DNA of 64,000 bases from Lama glama (Eukaryota), in NCBI GenBank assembly GCA_028534125.1, contig CM052817.1, positions 69,504,001 to 69,568,000 of the forward strand. The letters run 5' to 3'. Position 1 is the first letter of the stretch. The number at the start of each line of letters is the position of its first letter. A program made the position numbers and the translations under genes. The notes beneath the pieces are model-generated. The model made no database searches, was not told the DNA's origin, and saw nothing but the letters and a program-made list of their open reading frames with translations. Below are positions 40,421-54,039 of this stretch, piece by piece.

Positions 40421-40957
40421 AAATAACAGTAACCTATAAATATAGATATAAACATATTCATATATATACATATGTTTAGGGGCAAATATCAACAGATACA
40501 CTTTATTACTTTATAGCAACTGCTCTGTAACCTTCCTTTCATCACACCATCCCCATTCCCTTCACTCTCTCTTACTTCCATATCGTGTAGATTCTTTTAA
40601 CCTTCAGCAAATTTCATCACAAACATGTAGGAGTTGATCTAGGATTGAGGAGCATGTTAAAATTATGGATTCTTTTTAGTAGTTTGAAGGAAGAAAGAAG
40701 TTTATAAAGATTAATGCAACCACACTCATGAATTATATTCTACAGAATCAAAAAACTGTCATAAGCATTATTTTGAGAGAAAATATAGATGGAGGTAGAG
40801 AGTCTGAGAACCCTTTTCTGTAGAAATTCAATTTGAGCTGAGCTGAGACCTGAAAGATAAGTCAGTTTCCATGCTCAAGATTTTCACAGTTGGAATAACA
40901 GGCCAATAAACACAGTGATTAAATGTTCTGTCAATTAACTAAGAAAATGACCTGCAT

Positions 40958-41070
40958 GGCGGGGGAGGATACAGCTCAATGGTAGAGTTCTGGATTCAAT
41001 TCCCAGTACCTCCATTAAAAAGAAGGAAGGAAGGAAGGAAGGAAGGAAGGAAGGAAGGAAGGAAGGAAGG
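40958..41070 (+). mobile_element. tRNA-derived SINE, camelid type, internally deleted, (GGAA)n tail, 13-bp TSD
   Basis: GGGGGAGGATACAGCTCAATGGTAGAG joined directly to TTCTGGATTCAATTCCCAGTACCTCCA; flanks AAATGACCTGCAT (40945-40957) and AAATGACCTTCAT (41071-41083). Confidence 0.88.
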
Positions 41071-41072
41071 AA
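41022..41072. repeat. (GGAA)n microsatellite
   Basis: Pure GAAG run in the SINE tail. Confidence 0.97.
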
Positions 41073-44000
41073 ATGACCTTCATAACTTTACTCCCCATAT
41101 TTCACATTTCCATTCAGAGAATCTCTTAGAAATAAAACAAAACCAAACACACTGCTGTTTCACAAACTATTAGGCATAGGAAGTTGCTGATAATCCAAAA
41201 CACTTCTTACCTCTAACAACCCAATAAGGAAATTCAAACAAAACCTCTCCTTGCAGTCCATTTACATGCTTTTCATCACTACATTAACAGTGATCATAAT
41301 ACCAGAATAGTCTGTGGAAATTCTTTGCCCTGTAAAATCTTAGTTAAAAAAACATCAACTTATCCCACTGCCAAAGGTATACAGTATATACAGTGACCCA
41401 GATCCCAGAAAGAGTTCATAGTTTGGAAAGGAACCTCATTCTCTCACCTAGGAGAGAAATTATATTTTGTTGCCCACTTAAAGTTTAGGATGATAACTGA
41501 CACTCAGAAAGTCTGAGAAAGTAAAAATGTTTCCTTCAATAATTGTTGTTACTGGTCCCACTCCACTCTCAATTATTTTTTTCCTTTTTTGATGTTCAGT
41601 ATGAATAGGTTGTAAATGTATACGTTAGACCACAAAGAGTAACAACTCTAAAATTAAGAATATTATCTATGAATGGGTTATCTTACTTTTCTGTTTGGTT
41701 ACATTTGGAAAGCTCTAGCAATGAAAAAAAAAAGATAAGAATTTTCCCTGTAGGTATATTAGCATGAATTAGCCTTCTAAATGGATACAAATAAGCATAA
41801 AATTATAAAGACATGAATGGAAAAGAATGCTTCTCTTAACGTTTGAGGACTTAAAGCTTTATTTATTTTTTTTACCTTGAAGACTCAAGTAAGTACAGAT
41901 AATTTTGAAAGTTTTTTCTTGGATGCATAGAAAGGTTTGGGACTAATAAGCTAATTTGTTAATGCTTCTTATATTCTTTACTAGGTCTTGTTTTGTATTT
42001 TGGAAAACTGGTCACCAAAAATTAGGATGGTAATCAGCTAACACCTACCACTTCTGGGATCATGGTAGGCATAGCACACATCCAATCCAGTTTGTATATA
42101 AATTAAATGAAAACTAATGCCACTTTCTAAAAACAATGACTATGTCACAGAAAAGATGAAATTGCCAGAAATAGTAAGACCTTTCTTAAAAAATATATTA
42201 CTAGGTCTCCAGGACTTACAGTTTGACATCTTTGCCTCAAAGCACATTAAAAACAAGAAACAATATACTTCTTTGAAAACAATAATGCTTATTATCCCTA
42301 TTTAGTATCTTTTCTATAAAACACAAGGGCTTAATTCCCATTGGGGAGTCTTTCCAGTTTCCAAAGTCTTTGCTCCTCTTTTACTGCATAGTGACAATGG
42401 CTAGAGTTTTCTGCATAGTGTTGCCACCAAACACAAAGAGCACTTTTCCTCTAGGGAAATTTAATTCTAGAGATAAAAAAATGAAGGCATATCAAGACTG
42501 AAGCATATGACTATTCACTGTTATGGTTATTACGTTAACAATTATAATTAAAGCTGCCATTATTTAGAGGTAACCAGATGCCAGCTAATATGCTAAGAAT
42601 GTTACATACATTAACTCATTTTACTCTGCAAATAGGTCTGCAATTTGGATGTTATTTTTCCTATTCTACAGGTGACAGAAGAACCTTAAGAAATGAATGA
42701 CCTTATTTAGTAGTAAAGCAAGGACACTGAATCGCTCCATTATACTAATTCTTAAATAATATAAATCATTTATTGAGCACCTACTCTGTACCAACCACTT
42801 ACTACACTGCACCTTTTATAACTCGTTCCACACAATGACTTTAGTAACTCCACTTGATAGCTGTGGCAATTGAGATTAAGGAAGGTCAGTTATGCAGTTT
42901 CTTCCATGCCACCATGTCTCTCCAAGGGACAGAGGAACTGACTGTAAATTCATGGAGCTTGGTTAACACCCCTCCTCATTAATGCTTATTCATCCATTAG
43001 TCATTAGCACACTTATTTATTCACACACTTAATCTTATTCCCAGTCCTTCAGAGGTAATTATTTGTCCCCTGTGATCATTATAAATGGCCCTGATATACA
43101 ATTACCTATGCTCTGGACTGTTTGATTATATTAAAATATCAGCAAATGCCCAGGGACTTGAGCTCCCACTTTTAACTATTGTATCATTAGCAATTATTAA
43201 TGTGAGAGACAGAGTGGGTGTTTCAATATAAACAGCTTCAATGACTAAAATTACCAAAGCAAAAGTTCATAGATCCTAACTACCAGAGCAGACATGGGCT
43301 CTGCTAAGAATAGCTCTGATCACAGCCAGAGAGAGTTCCTGGAGAGTTTTTGATTTGATATATGATATAGCAGTTTAAGACACTATATTTTTGACAGTTA
43401 AATTACTTACCTCATCAATGTTCCAAATTTAACTTCTGGTTTTAATTTAAAATCATCATAAACTATTTGTAATTTATCAGTAAAATGTATATTTACAGAA
43501 AGTCAATCCTAGGTCGTAGAATAATTCTTTGGTTTTGTAAGAGGAGGGAAAAAAAAGAGTCCAGAGAATCAATATAAAAGATTGTTAATTATGTATACAC
43601 ATCCTCCTCCCCACCTCTGAATCCCAAAATGGAGATGTTTTTTCTCACTTCAGTTTGTATATTTTATAGTAGACTCAAATTTGGATCAACTTTTTGTAAA
43701 GACTTACTGGCTTCAACATAGACTGTCTGCCTAGTAGTCAAGTTACCAGCCTACTGGAACCTGATGTGAATCACTTCCCATCCATGGCCCACAGTCAATC
43801 TCTTTCTTAGATAAAGTTATATGAAATAGTTAAATTTTAAACCTGAGCTCAATATATGACTAGCTGCAGAATAAAGTTTTTGGATAATTTTTGTTTAACT
43901 GATAGTCAGGTGTGCATTAGTCTTTCAGGGGCTTAAAATGAGCTCAGAAGAAAAATACAACAGCATATACATTTCACCAATTCTTGGACTATATAGCTGT

Positions 44001-44228
44001 TCTCAATTTCTAAAAACCAATACTACACTCTGGATCACAGAACTTTGGTTTCTAAATTAAAAAATACACTAGAATGAAAAGCAAAATCACAAGGAGCAGA
44101 GTACAACACAGCTCAGGATCAAAATAACTTTTTTTTAGCTACAGATAAAAGAATACTTAAATTTTGGTAAAATACCTGTTTGGACAGTTTCAAATGTGGT
44201 GGGGTAAGGATCGCATTATTTATTTATA

Positions 44229-46497
44229 CAGGTATACCTGGGAAATATTGTAGATTTGGTTCCAGACCACAACAACAGAGTGAAAATCACAATAAAGCAA
44301 GTCACACAAAATTTTTAGTTTCCCAAATCATATGAAAGTTATGTGTACACTATACTGTTGTCTATTAAGTGTGAAATAGCATTATATCTTTAAAAACATG
44401 TAAAGAATATTTTATTGTTGAAAAATGCTAATCATCATCTGAGCCTTCAGTGATTCATGATTTTTTGCTGTGGAGGGTGTTGCCTCAGTATTGATGGCTG
44501 CTCATTGATCAATGTGGTGGTTGCTGAAGGCTGGGGTGGCTGTGGCAATTTCTTAAAAATAAGACAACAAAAAAATTTGCTATATCAATTGACTCTTCCT
44601 TTCATGAATGATTTCTCTGTAGCACACAATGCTGTTTGATAGCATTTTACCCCCAATAGAATTTCTTTCAGAATTGGAGTCAATCCTCTCAAACCCTGCT
44701 GCTACTTTATCAAGTAAGTGTATGTAATATTCTAAATCCTTTGTTGTCATTTCAACGATCTTCACCCATTAGAAACAGCTCTTCATCCATTTAAGATCCA
44801 TCATGAGATGCAGCAATTCAGTCACATCTTCAGGCTCCGCTTCTAATTCTAGTTCTTTTGCTATTTCCACCATAGCTGCAGTTATTTCCTCTATTCAAGT
44901 ATTGAACCACTCAAGTCATCCTTGAGGGTTGGAATCAACTTCTTCCAAACTCCTGTCAATGTGGCTATTTTGACCTTTTCCCAGGAATTATGAATATTCT
45001 TATCAGCATTTAGAATGGTGAATTCTTCCAAGAAGGTTTTCAATTGACTTTGCCCAGATTCTTCGGAGGAATCACTGTCTGTGGCAGCTATAGCCTTTGA
45101 AATGTGCTTCTTAGGTAATAAGACTTGAAAGTCAAAATTACTCTTTGATCCATGGGCTGCAGAATAGATGTTGTGTTAGCAGGCATGAAAACAGCATTAA
45201 TCTCCTTGTACATCTCCATCAGAGCTTGTGTGACTAGGTACATTGTTGGTGAGCGGTCATATTTTGAAAGGAATCTTTTTTTCTGAGCAGAAGTTCTCAA
45301 CAGTGGGCTTAAATATTCAGCAAACCTTGTTGTAAACAGATGTGCTGTCACTCAGGCTTTGTTCCCTTTGTAGAACACAGGTAGAGTAGACTGAGCACAA
45401 TTCATAAGGGCCCTAAGATTTTCAGAACGGTAAATGAGCATTGGCTTCAACTTCCAGTCCCCAGCTGGGACTAGCCTCTAACGTGAGAGTCAGCCTGTCG
45501 TTTGAAACTTTGAAGCCAGGCACTGACTTTTCTCTCTAGCTGTGAAAGTCCTACATGGCATATCCTTGCAATAAAAGGCTGTTTAATCTACATGGAGAGT
45601 CTGTTGTTTAGCGTGGCCACCTTGATTAATTATCTTAGCTAGATCATCTGGATAACTTGCTGCAGCTTCTATATCAGCACATGCTGCTTCACCTTGTACT
45701 ATGGAGATGGTTTATTTCCTAAAACCTCATTAACCAACCTCTGCTAGTTTCCAACTTCTCTTCTGCAGCTTCCTCACCTCTCTCAGCTTCATAAAATTGA
45801 AGAGAGGGCCTTGCTCTGGATTAGACTTTGTTGTAGCTGGTTTGATCTTCTATCCAGACAACTAAACATTCTCCACATCAGCAGTAAGGCTCTTTTGCTT
45901 TCATACCATCCATGTGTTCACTGGAGTAGCACTTTTAATTTCCTTCAAGAACTTCTCTTTTGCAGTCACAACTTAGCTAACTGGGGCAAGAGGACTGGCT
46001 TTCAGTGCATTTCAGCTTTCAACATGCCTTCCTCACCAAACTTAATTATTTCTAGCTTGATTTAAAGGGAGAGACATGAGATTCTTCCTTTCACTTGAAC
46101 AGTTAGATACCAGTATAGGGTTATTAATAGGTCTAATTTTAATACTGCTGTGTCTCAAGGAATAGGGAGGCCTGAGGGGAGGGAGAAATATGGTGAAATG
46201 GATAATGGGTGGAACAGTCAGAACACACACATTTAACCATTAAGTTTGCAGTGTTGTATGAGTGCAGTTTGTGGCACCCCAAAACAATTACAAAGTAACA
46301 TCAAAGATCACCAATCACAGATCACCATAACAGATATAATAATAATGAAAATGTTTGAAATACAGTAAGAATTACCAAAAGGTGACACAGAGACATGAAG
46401 TGAACAAATGCTGTTGGAAAAACTGTGCTGATAGACTTGCTCAGCCCAGGGTTGCCACAAACAATAAAGCAAAGCACAAAAAAACAAGCTATGCCTG
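44229..46497 (-). mobile_element. Tigger1 DNA transposon (Tc1/mariner-pogo), near full length, transposase disrupted
   Basis: TIRs CAGGTATACC (44229) and GCTATGCCTG (to 46497), each flanked by TA. Minus-strand ORFs give pogo/CENP-B-type DDE transposase text ([57 protein letters not shown]). Confidence 0.95.
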
Positions 46498-49269
46498 TAC
46501 GTCTTACCTCCCTATGTGTCAAGGACTGAATCAAGAAATGGGGACATTTGCAGCAAATATGACAAAAATTCTTTCTAATTCTGATGGAGCATATAGTCTG
46601 TTAGAAAAGATACATATCAATAAATCAAAAAATTAATATAACAAGAGAATGTAAAGTCTAGGGACCTGTGAGAAGGTACAAAGGGAGAATCTGACCTAGC
46701 TGGGCTGGAGATGGGTGGTGGGGATACAGGGTGGGCTTCTCTGAGGACGTCTCAAATGGGAAGGGAAGTAGCTAACTGGATAAAAGGGGATGGTGAGCAA
46801 CGGCGCACTTTCTCCCATGACTGTGATACACTGACAAAGGAACAGTTTAAACAGCACCCCTACGTCGGCATTTATTCTGGATGCATAGTGAAAATAACTA
46901 CTCAGAAATCATGGCCACAGAAAAGAAACAACTGGTCTGTTAATTCCATCAGCACATTTTACCACTGGTCATATATTTTAATTAAAAATGTAACCCATTC
47001 AATCTCTACCATTCATACAATGATGATGAATTTATTTTAAAAGACTTAGTTAAATTGTTCAACTTTCTTCTTCTCCCTGTGGGGGGCACAACTTATTTCC
47101 CCCTTTATATTGCTCTTGCCACCATTCCTCATATGGAATCACCAACCTCTGAGACAAGTTAGCCCCTCTCCCTGAGAAGAGCTTATCCCCCCAGCCCATG
47201 CAAAGGCTCTTCTTTACCCTGGCAATGAGCACTCACCTATGAGCTCTCCCCTGATTACCCACAACGAAGAGCATAAAACTCAAAGAAAGAACAAATGGCT
47301 TTTGTGAAAACAGGTCATATCTATCCCATTTTTTTTTGTTCCAAGGTCATTAATTAGGTTGGAATTTGCCTATGTAAATACATATTTTATTAAACTGGAA
47401 ACAGAATCTTGATAATGATACTTGGGCCCCAGCATGAACAAAGGATTATATGTTCCTGTCAGTAAAAGAAATAAAAATGATTGCAAACAAAAAAACAAAC
47501 AAACTATAAACATTGCAAAATATCCTTTTGACTTGGAATAGGAACTCACATAATGATGTTTTATTTGAAGTAGCTTCAGTCTGGCACAGTGACTATTAAT
47601 TTGTTTGTATATTCATCTTAATAACAATGTAAGAAAGAGGTAGAAAGTACAAATGACTTATTCTAAATGCCTCTACTTATTTCCCAAACTAAGAGTATTA
47701 ACAGCAAAATGTGTTTTTTTTCCCTAGTACTATGGGGATTCATAGTCCTTGATTCAATGATAGTTGTCTTATTTAAAACTGGAATAAAGTGAATACGTAG
47801 GAAATTATCTCTTTATAATTTTTAAATGATAAAAAATGTGGAGATATTATTTTAATAGCTGTTTAGTCCACTGAGCACTGCTAAATTGAAAAAGACTTGT
47901 TATTTTCCTCCAGCCTGCCCTCCAGTCACTGATAAAGAGCACTACCCTCTCTCAATGTTTCCTGGAAATCCCATTTAAGTTTTCAAACTTCATTTTAAGG
48001 AGTTTGATCGCACTTAATGTTTTTACTTCCTTTCCCACAGTTTTTTGCCCTTCAAATCCCTAACAATAGTCAACTCCGTAAAAATATTTCAAAAAAGCAC
48101 TTCATGCAAGGTTTGTAGAATTCACCAAGTACCCAGATCTCATGAACTAGGAGGAGACCCTTGGTATGGTAATCTTTTGGCAAACCAATGGCAACCACCT
48201 GAAGCCAATTGTAAATTTAGATTTAACAGAGGAATTGGAAGATTGGCTTTTACCTAAATCTTGAAATGAATTAAACATCCCTGAAGATTGATCGTTATTC
48301 AGATGGAGTCTTTTATAGTTATATATTTCACATATATTGTTTTTCCTGGAACTAGAATAAGATATGTGAAAATACCACAAGAAACACTTTTATTTGTGAT
48401 ATTTCCAATCCAGTTGGCAAGAGAAAGTAAAAACACATCATAGGAAAATTTATTCTTATGAGATTTCCAGCACAGATTTGCATCCTCCAGAAAAACATAG
48501 AGAGACATTTAAACTGGAGCCTCCAGACCTTTCGCCATTCACCCCTTAGTATGGTACTGTGTCCTTTGTCACTTCTGTATACTTGTGATTGTTTAATGGG
48601 CAGGTGGATATTACACAATAAGTAGCCTCAAAAAAAAAAAATCCCAACCAAAAAACTGACTGAAAAAATTCAGTACAGATCCAAGCCAATCTTATTAACT
48701 TGGGATAAAAGGTTTTGGTATTCAGAGCATGTTTTAGAATGCAAAATGCAAAAAGAAGACAGCTTTTATCCATTGCTACAAATAATCCCTGCTTTCCCCT
48801 GACAATAGTTCAACTACCTTATACTAATGTTTTTCTATGATCAAGTTTAGGATGAGACCTAGTCATTCAAAGTTGAAGGAACATAAAATTGAGTCTTTTC
48901 TAGGCTTAGGACTTCCCTCTAATGATTTAGTTTGCATTTAAGGGCCCTGCACTACTGATGGAATCAACCTTCAACAACCGAAAGAAAAAAACTTACCTAC
49001 CAGCTCATTATTCAAAATGAAACCAAAGCCACCATTATACTGATCATGGACTTTATATGCTGAGACAACCATAATTCATTTATTCATTCAACATATACTA
49101 CTGAATGCCTTAATCTGTGCCAAGTGCTGGGATATTGCTTTATAATTCGCAAATTTTTACAAAGATTTTACTCCCAGCTAACTAGGAAGAAATACTACTA
49201 GGCTCCAGGTTGGAGAGGGTCGGGGGAAAAAAGAAATACTAGCTACTTGTATAAACATCTCCACCAACA

Positions 49270-50050
49270 TCACGCAACTGCAACACTATCATCTCCTTCA
49301 TAGAACCAATCTCCCTGTATCCACTTGTTACCCTCTACACTCTGCTCTCTACAAACCAACAATTGTAGTTCTAAAATGTAAATCAGATCATATTGTTTCC
49401 TGTTGAAAATACTCTAAATCAGTAGCTCACAACTATGGATAATTTTGTCCCTCCAAGGACATTTGACAACATCTGGACACACTTTTAATTGTTACAATTG
49501 GGGGTGAATGCTACTGGCATCTGGTAGGTAGAGGCCAAATGCTGGTAAACACCCTGCATGCACAGCACAGTCTCCACGACAAAAGACTACCTGGTCTACA
49601 TGTTAATAGTGCTGTGGTTGAGAAACCCCGGTCGAAATCCAAATTCTCTCCCCTGATTTGCAAGCTCACATTGTCTTGCTCCAGCATCCCTTTTTTTTGC
49701 TTTCCCCCTTGTTACACTCTCCATTGCACATTATGCTCCAGCCAGTCAGGCTATACTTTGTATTCCTTGAACAGACCAAACCAGTCTGTACCTCAGGACT
49801 CTTTAACTTGCTAATCACTGGTTCCACTTCCTAGGATGCTCTACCAAAACTCTGCATGCCTGTCTTCTCAACAGTTGGATGTCTATTCAAATGTCATTTC
49901 AAGGAACTACATGCATCTCAGCCTCAACTGAGTCTCAGTGTCATCATTATTTTATTTCCATCTATGTAGCTGACACTCTGAATTTACCTTGTTCTTTTAT
50001 GTCATGAGCTCCCCTTAGAATATAGGTGCTAGGAGGAGCCAGTCTTATTC
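49270..50050. mobile_element. L2 remnant interrupted by MER20
   Basis: CTAAAATGTAAATCAGATCAT before the MER20; AAATCCAAATTC...GCTCCAGCCA...CCTCAGGACTCTT...TTCAAATGTCATTTC after it. Confidence 0.55.
49420..49630 (+). mobile_element. MER20 (hAT-Charlie MITE)
   Basis: CAGTAGCTCACAAC...GGACATTTGACAACATCTGGA...TGCTACTGGCATCTGGTAGGTAGAGGCCA...AATAGTGCTGTGGTTGAGAAACCCCG; degenerate 8-bp flanks CTCTAAAT / GTCGAAAT. Confidence 0.88.
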
Positions 50051-50510
50051 ACTCTTCTGTTCCCTGCAGCTGGAACTATTTCCCACTCTTCATCATCCGC
50101 AGGGCCCAGTTATAAAGATAAAACACAGGGAAAGAGGGTGAAAAAGGAAATTGTAAAACTGTCAAAAAATGAAAAGAAAATGGGTGCAAATAGATAATTT
50201 CTAAACTAGAGGAAGTAGTAGCAGGTAATTTTAGTGCTTGCTTCATTTTTGTTTAGGGTACTGTTTTAAATGGATTAACTCATTTAATCCTTACACACCA
50301 CCACTCTCTAAAAAAAAAAAAACTTACATTAGCATTATTACTGTCCTGATGTCAAACATAAAGAATGGCAGCACAGAGAGGTTTCATAATTTGCTCAGGC
50401 TCATGTAGCTGTTGAGTGGTGCTGCTGGAATATAAACATGGCACTCTGCCTCTACAGCCCTGTTCTCCTGAGCACCATACCCCATGTCAGGCAAAAAACT
50501 GCCTGCTTAG

Positions 50511-51153
50511 AAAAATTAAAAAGTGGAACCTAATTAAACTTAAAAGATTTTGTACAGCAAAAGAAATCATCAACAAAACGAAAACTTACCTACAGAATGG
50601 GAGAAAATATTTGTAAATGATGCAATCGACAAGGGGTTAATTTTCAAAATACAAAAACAGCTCATACAACTCACTATCAAAAAAACAAACAATCCAATCA
50701 AAAATGGGCAGACAACTTGAATAGATATTTTTCCAAAGAAGACATACAGATAGCTTACAGGCTCATGAAAATATCAACACTGCTATTATTAGAGAAATGC
50801 AAATCAAAACCAAAATGAGGTATCACAGTAGTCAGAATGGCTCTCATCAAAAAGTATGCAAATAACAAATGTTGAAGAGGCTATGAGAAAAGGGACTCCT
50901 TGTACACTGTTGGTGGGAATGTAAATCGGTGCAGCACTATGGAGAACAGCATGAAGGTTTCTTAAAAAACTAAAAATAAAACTACCACATAATCCAGCAA
51001 TTCCACTCCTGGCTATGCATCCAGAAAAAACCCCACTAAATTTGAAAAGATATATGCACCACAATGTTCATAGCAGCACTGTTGACAATAGCCAAGACAC
51101 CCAAATGCCTGTCAACAGATGACTGGATTAAGAATATGTGGTATATGCGCGCG

Positions 51154-51212
<59 letters not shown>

Positions 51213-51652
51213 TGGAATATTACTCAGTCATAAAAAAGGAATGAAATAATGCCATCTGCAGCAATGTGAATGGACCTGGAGATTATCATACTAAGTGAAG
51301 TAAGTCAGACAAAGACAAATATCATGTGATATCACTTATATGTGGACTCTAAAAAAAATGACACAAATGAACTTATTTTATAGAACAGAAACAGACTCAC
51401 AGACATAGAAAAACTTGTGGTTACCAACGAGGAGAGGGAAGGGGGGAAGGACAAATTAGGGGTATGGAATTAATAGGTACAAAGTACTATATATAAAATA
51501 GATAACCAACAAGAATTTATTATATAGCACAAGGAATTGTACCTATTATTTTGTAATAATCTATAATGGATAATAATCGGCAAAAATCACTGAATCACTA
51601 TGTTGTACTCCTGACTACAATACTGTAAATCAACTATACCTCAATAAAAAAA
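50511..51652 (+). mobile_element. 5'-truncated LINE-1 (ORF2 C-terminus + 3'UTR + A tail)
   Basis: KKWNLIKLKRFCTAKEIINK and MFIAALLTIAKT text; 3'UTR ends ACTGTAAATCAACTATACCTCAATAAAAAAA; CTGCTTAG is repeated at both flanks (50503-50510, 51662-51669). Confidence 0.94.
51141..51207. repeat. compound (TA)/(GC)/(CA)n alternating purine-pyrimidine microsatellite
   Basis: GTATATGCGCGCGCACACGCGCGCGC followed by a long (AC)n run. Confidence 0.95.
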
Positions 51653-53247
51653 TTTTTTTAACTGCTTAGGTCCACAGGATTCAGTGGGCTCACTTTTCAT
51701 TTCTTTCTCCTTTATTCTTCCACATTCTTTCATGTTCTCTTTGAAGTCACTGAAGCTATGGAAATAAAGGGAGCAGAAGAACTGGGAAAAATAATGGACA
51801 TAAAGAAAAGAGTGGATTCAAAGACTTAGTACAGGGACAGTTACACCAGTTTATATGTAAACTAGTACCAACACATGCTTTTAAAATGTATGTGAAAGGA
51901 GCAACTTCTAACAAACATGAGAAACACTATGGTATGCTAGTCCTGATGCCCATGCTTCGGTACCCATTTCTCTTGAACGTGCTTTATGATGAGATCTTAA
52001 TGGGCTTCACTAAATAGTTCTCTTTTTAAATGAGTGAAAATATAGACCTACTTTATCCTGGTTTGCTTTGAAGCAAAGAGTCCAATAAAGAGTCTCCACC
52101 ATGTTTTGAAATGAGAATATAAATCCCCCACCAGCACAGAGCACAGTGGCAAATGAATGTCAAAGTGTTCTCCTTTTTCAAATTCTTGCTTTTCATTCTT
52201 AAAACCATGCTACAGTATTAGGATGTCCCTATCCCAAGGGTCCAACATACTATATTTAAAACACGTGGGTTTATTTGTCAGGGCTCATCATATCCTCTCT
52301 TCATATTAACAGGAAGCAGGGCTCAAAGTCTCTGATCCCTGTAATATTATTATGGCCAGAGGAGAAAACCTGGGGAAATAGTTGTCCCAGCGGTTGTCAG
52401 GCCACATATTTTATCTTGCAAATGTTGGCAGTGAGTTCAGCTCACCATTCACAGATAATGTGTATTGAAGCAATCATATTAATGATGAGTAGACATTGCT
52501 TCCTCCTTACACAAACAGACCAGTTACTGAAAGTTCTGTGTTCCTTGAAGTTTACTATCTTAGCACAGCAGTTCCCTTAGCACCTTTCTATCTCCATGTC
52601 TAAAGCTTCAATCAATGTTTCATCTCTGTGATTAAGTACCAAACTACCAACCTTGCCAAAAAGTGGCTGAGAGGGTCCCTTCTAGTTTGCCAATATATGA
52701 GTGTGTGAGTGTGTGTGTGTGTGATGACTAGGAATGATTTTTGAAGTATTGAATAAGCATGAGATACCTCAGCTAATCCCTCTACTTCAAAAATATATTA
52801 CCTCTAGAATTCACTTAATAATAGTTTAGAGGAGACACCACGCCGACGAGATAGAGAACACTATGTCACTGCTAAACAAAGTATTTGCAGGTTACTACTC
52901 TTGCAGCTAGAATACTCCTGAAACTGGGATGCCCATATAGTTTTTAAATGATTAGTAAGTAAAATGGAGGTGCTAAAGGAGGTACTAGAAGGCTCCGCTT
53001 TGTCATGAACTTTTAAATAATCTAGAAACATTCTATGCCAAAATATACGTTTGCGTATGTATATACACATACACAAAAACACACATTCATAAATACATAA
53101 CACATACATAGTCATGTGATTCACTTTTTAAACATTATCATGCTGATAAAATGGGCTTAATATTTTTTAATATTAAATTGAAATATTTTCACTCCTGGTA
53201 GTCTCTAATGCTTGGGGAAAATGGAACCCAGCCTCAGAGAAAGAAGT

Positions 53248-53607
53248 TGTTATAGACTGAATATTCTACTCCCCCAAATTCACATATGGAAACTAAACCC
53301 CAAGGTGATGGTGTTTGGGGTGGGGGTGGGCCTTTGACAGGTGATTAGGTTATGAGGGCTGGGCTCTCATAAATGGAATTAATGCTTTTATAAAAGGGAC
53401 CCTGCAGAGCTCCCTAGCCCCTTCCACCATATGAGGTTATAGTGAGAAGATGGTCATCTATCGGAAGCAGACCCTCATAAGACACCAAATCTGCTGACAC
53501 TTTGTTCTTGGACTTCTAGCCTCCAGAACCATGAGAAACAAACGTAGGTTGTTTATAAACCACCCATGCTATGGCATTTCATTCTAGCAGCCGTGCAGAG
53601 TAAGACA
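53248..53607 (+). mobile_element. MaLR solo LTR (MLT1A0-like) with perfect 5-bp TSD
   Basis: Begins TGTTATAGACTGAAT, ends TAAGACA (TG...CA); GAAGT on both sides (53243-53247, 53608-53612); internal TTGGACTTCTAGCCTCCAGAAC. Confidence 0.92.
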
Positions 53608-54039
53608 GAAGTCAGTATTAAGCCTCACTCTGTTTTATTCAAATAGCAGACTCCTGTACAGCATATATGGATTCATCTTAAAATATTTCACTGTAAGTCA
53701 TAGTGTAGCATGGGAAGACAGTATGACAGAGAAATCTCTGCTGAGCTGGGGAAAAAGGAGTCAAGAGGAATAGACAGAAAGGGAGACAAAGAGGCAATGT
53801 CCTTGTTTTCCTTTTCCCAGACAGGCAGGTACCTGTGATGGAAAGGTTTGGTCGAATCACCTGAACTCACTTAGTGGAAAGCCTGAGGTTAGCAGCTTGC
53901 CATCCCCTCCACCCCTCCACCTCCCTAGAGTAAGCCTAGGAAGCCTTCTGCCTCTCTGAGAGGCCAGCCTTCACAGGGTGCTATGTGACAGTGACGTCAG
54001 AGCAGCAGAAAGGAAGTGTCCCCAAGAGGCATGTAGGCA

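Noticed and set aside
41211..41330. Minus-strand exon-like unit (TTTTACAG ... AG|GTAAGA)
   Set aside because: Stops in all three frames and no other support; at most a pseudo-exon or non-coding exon.
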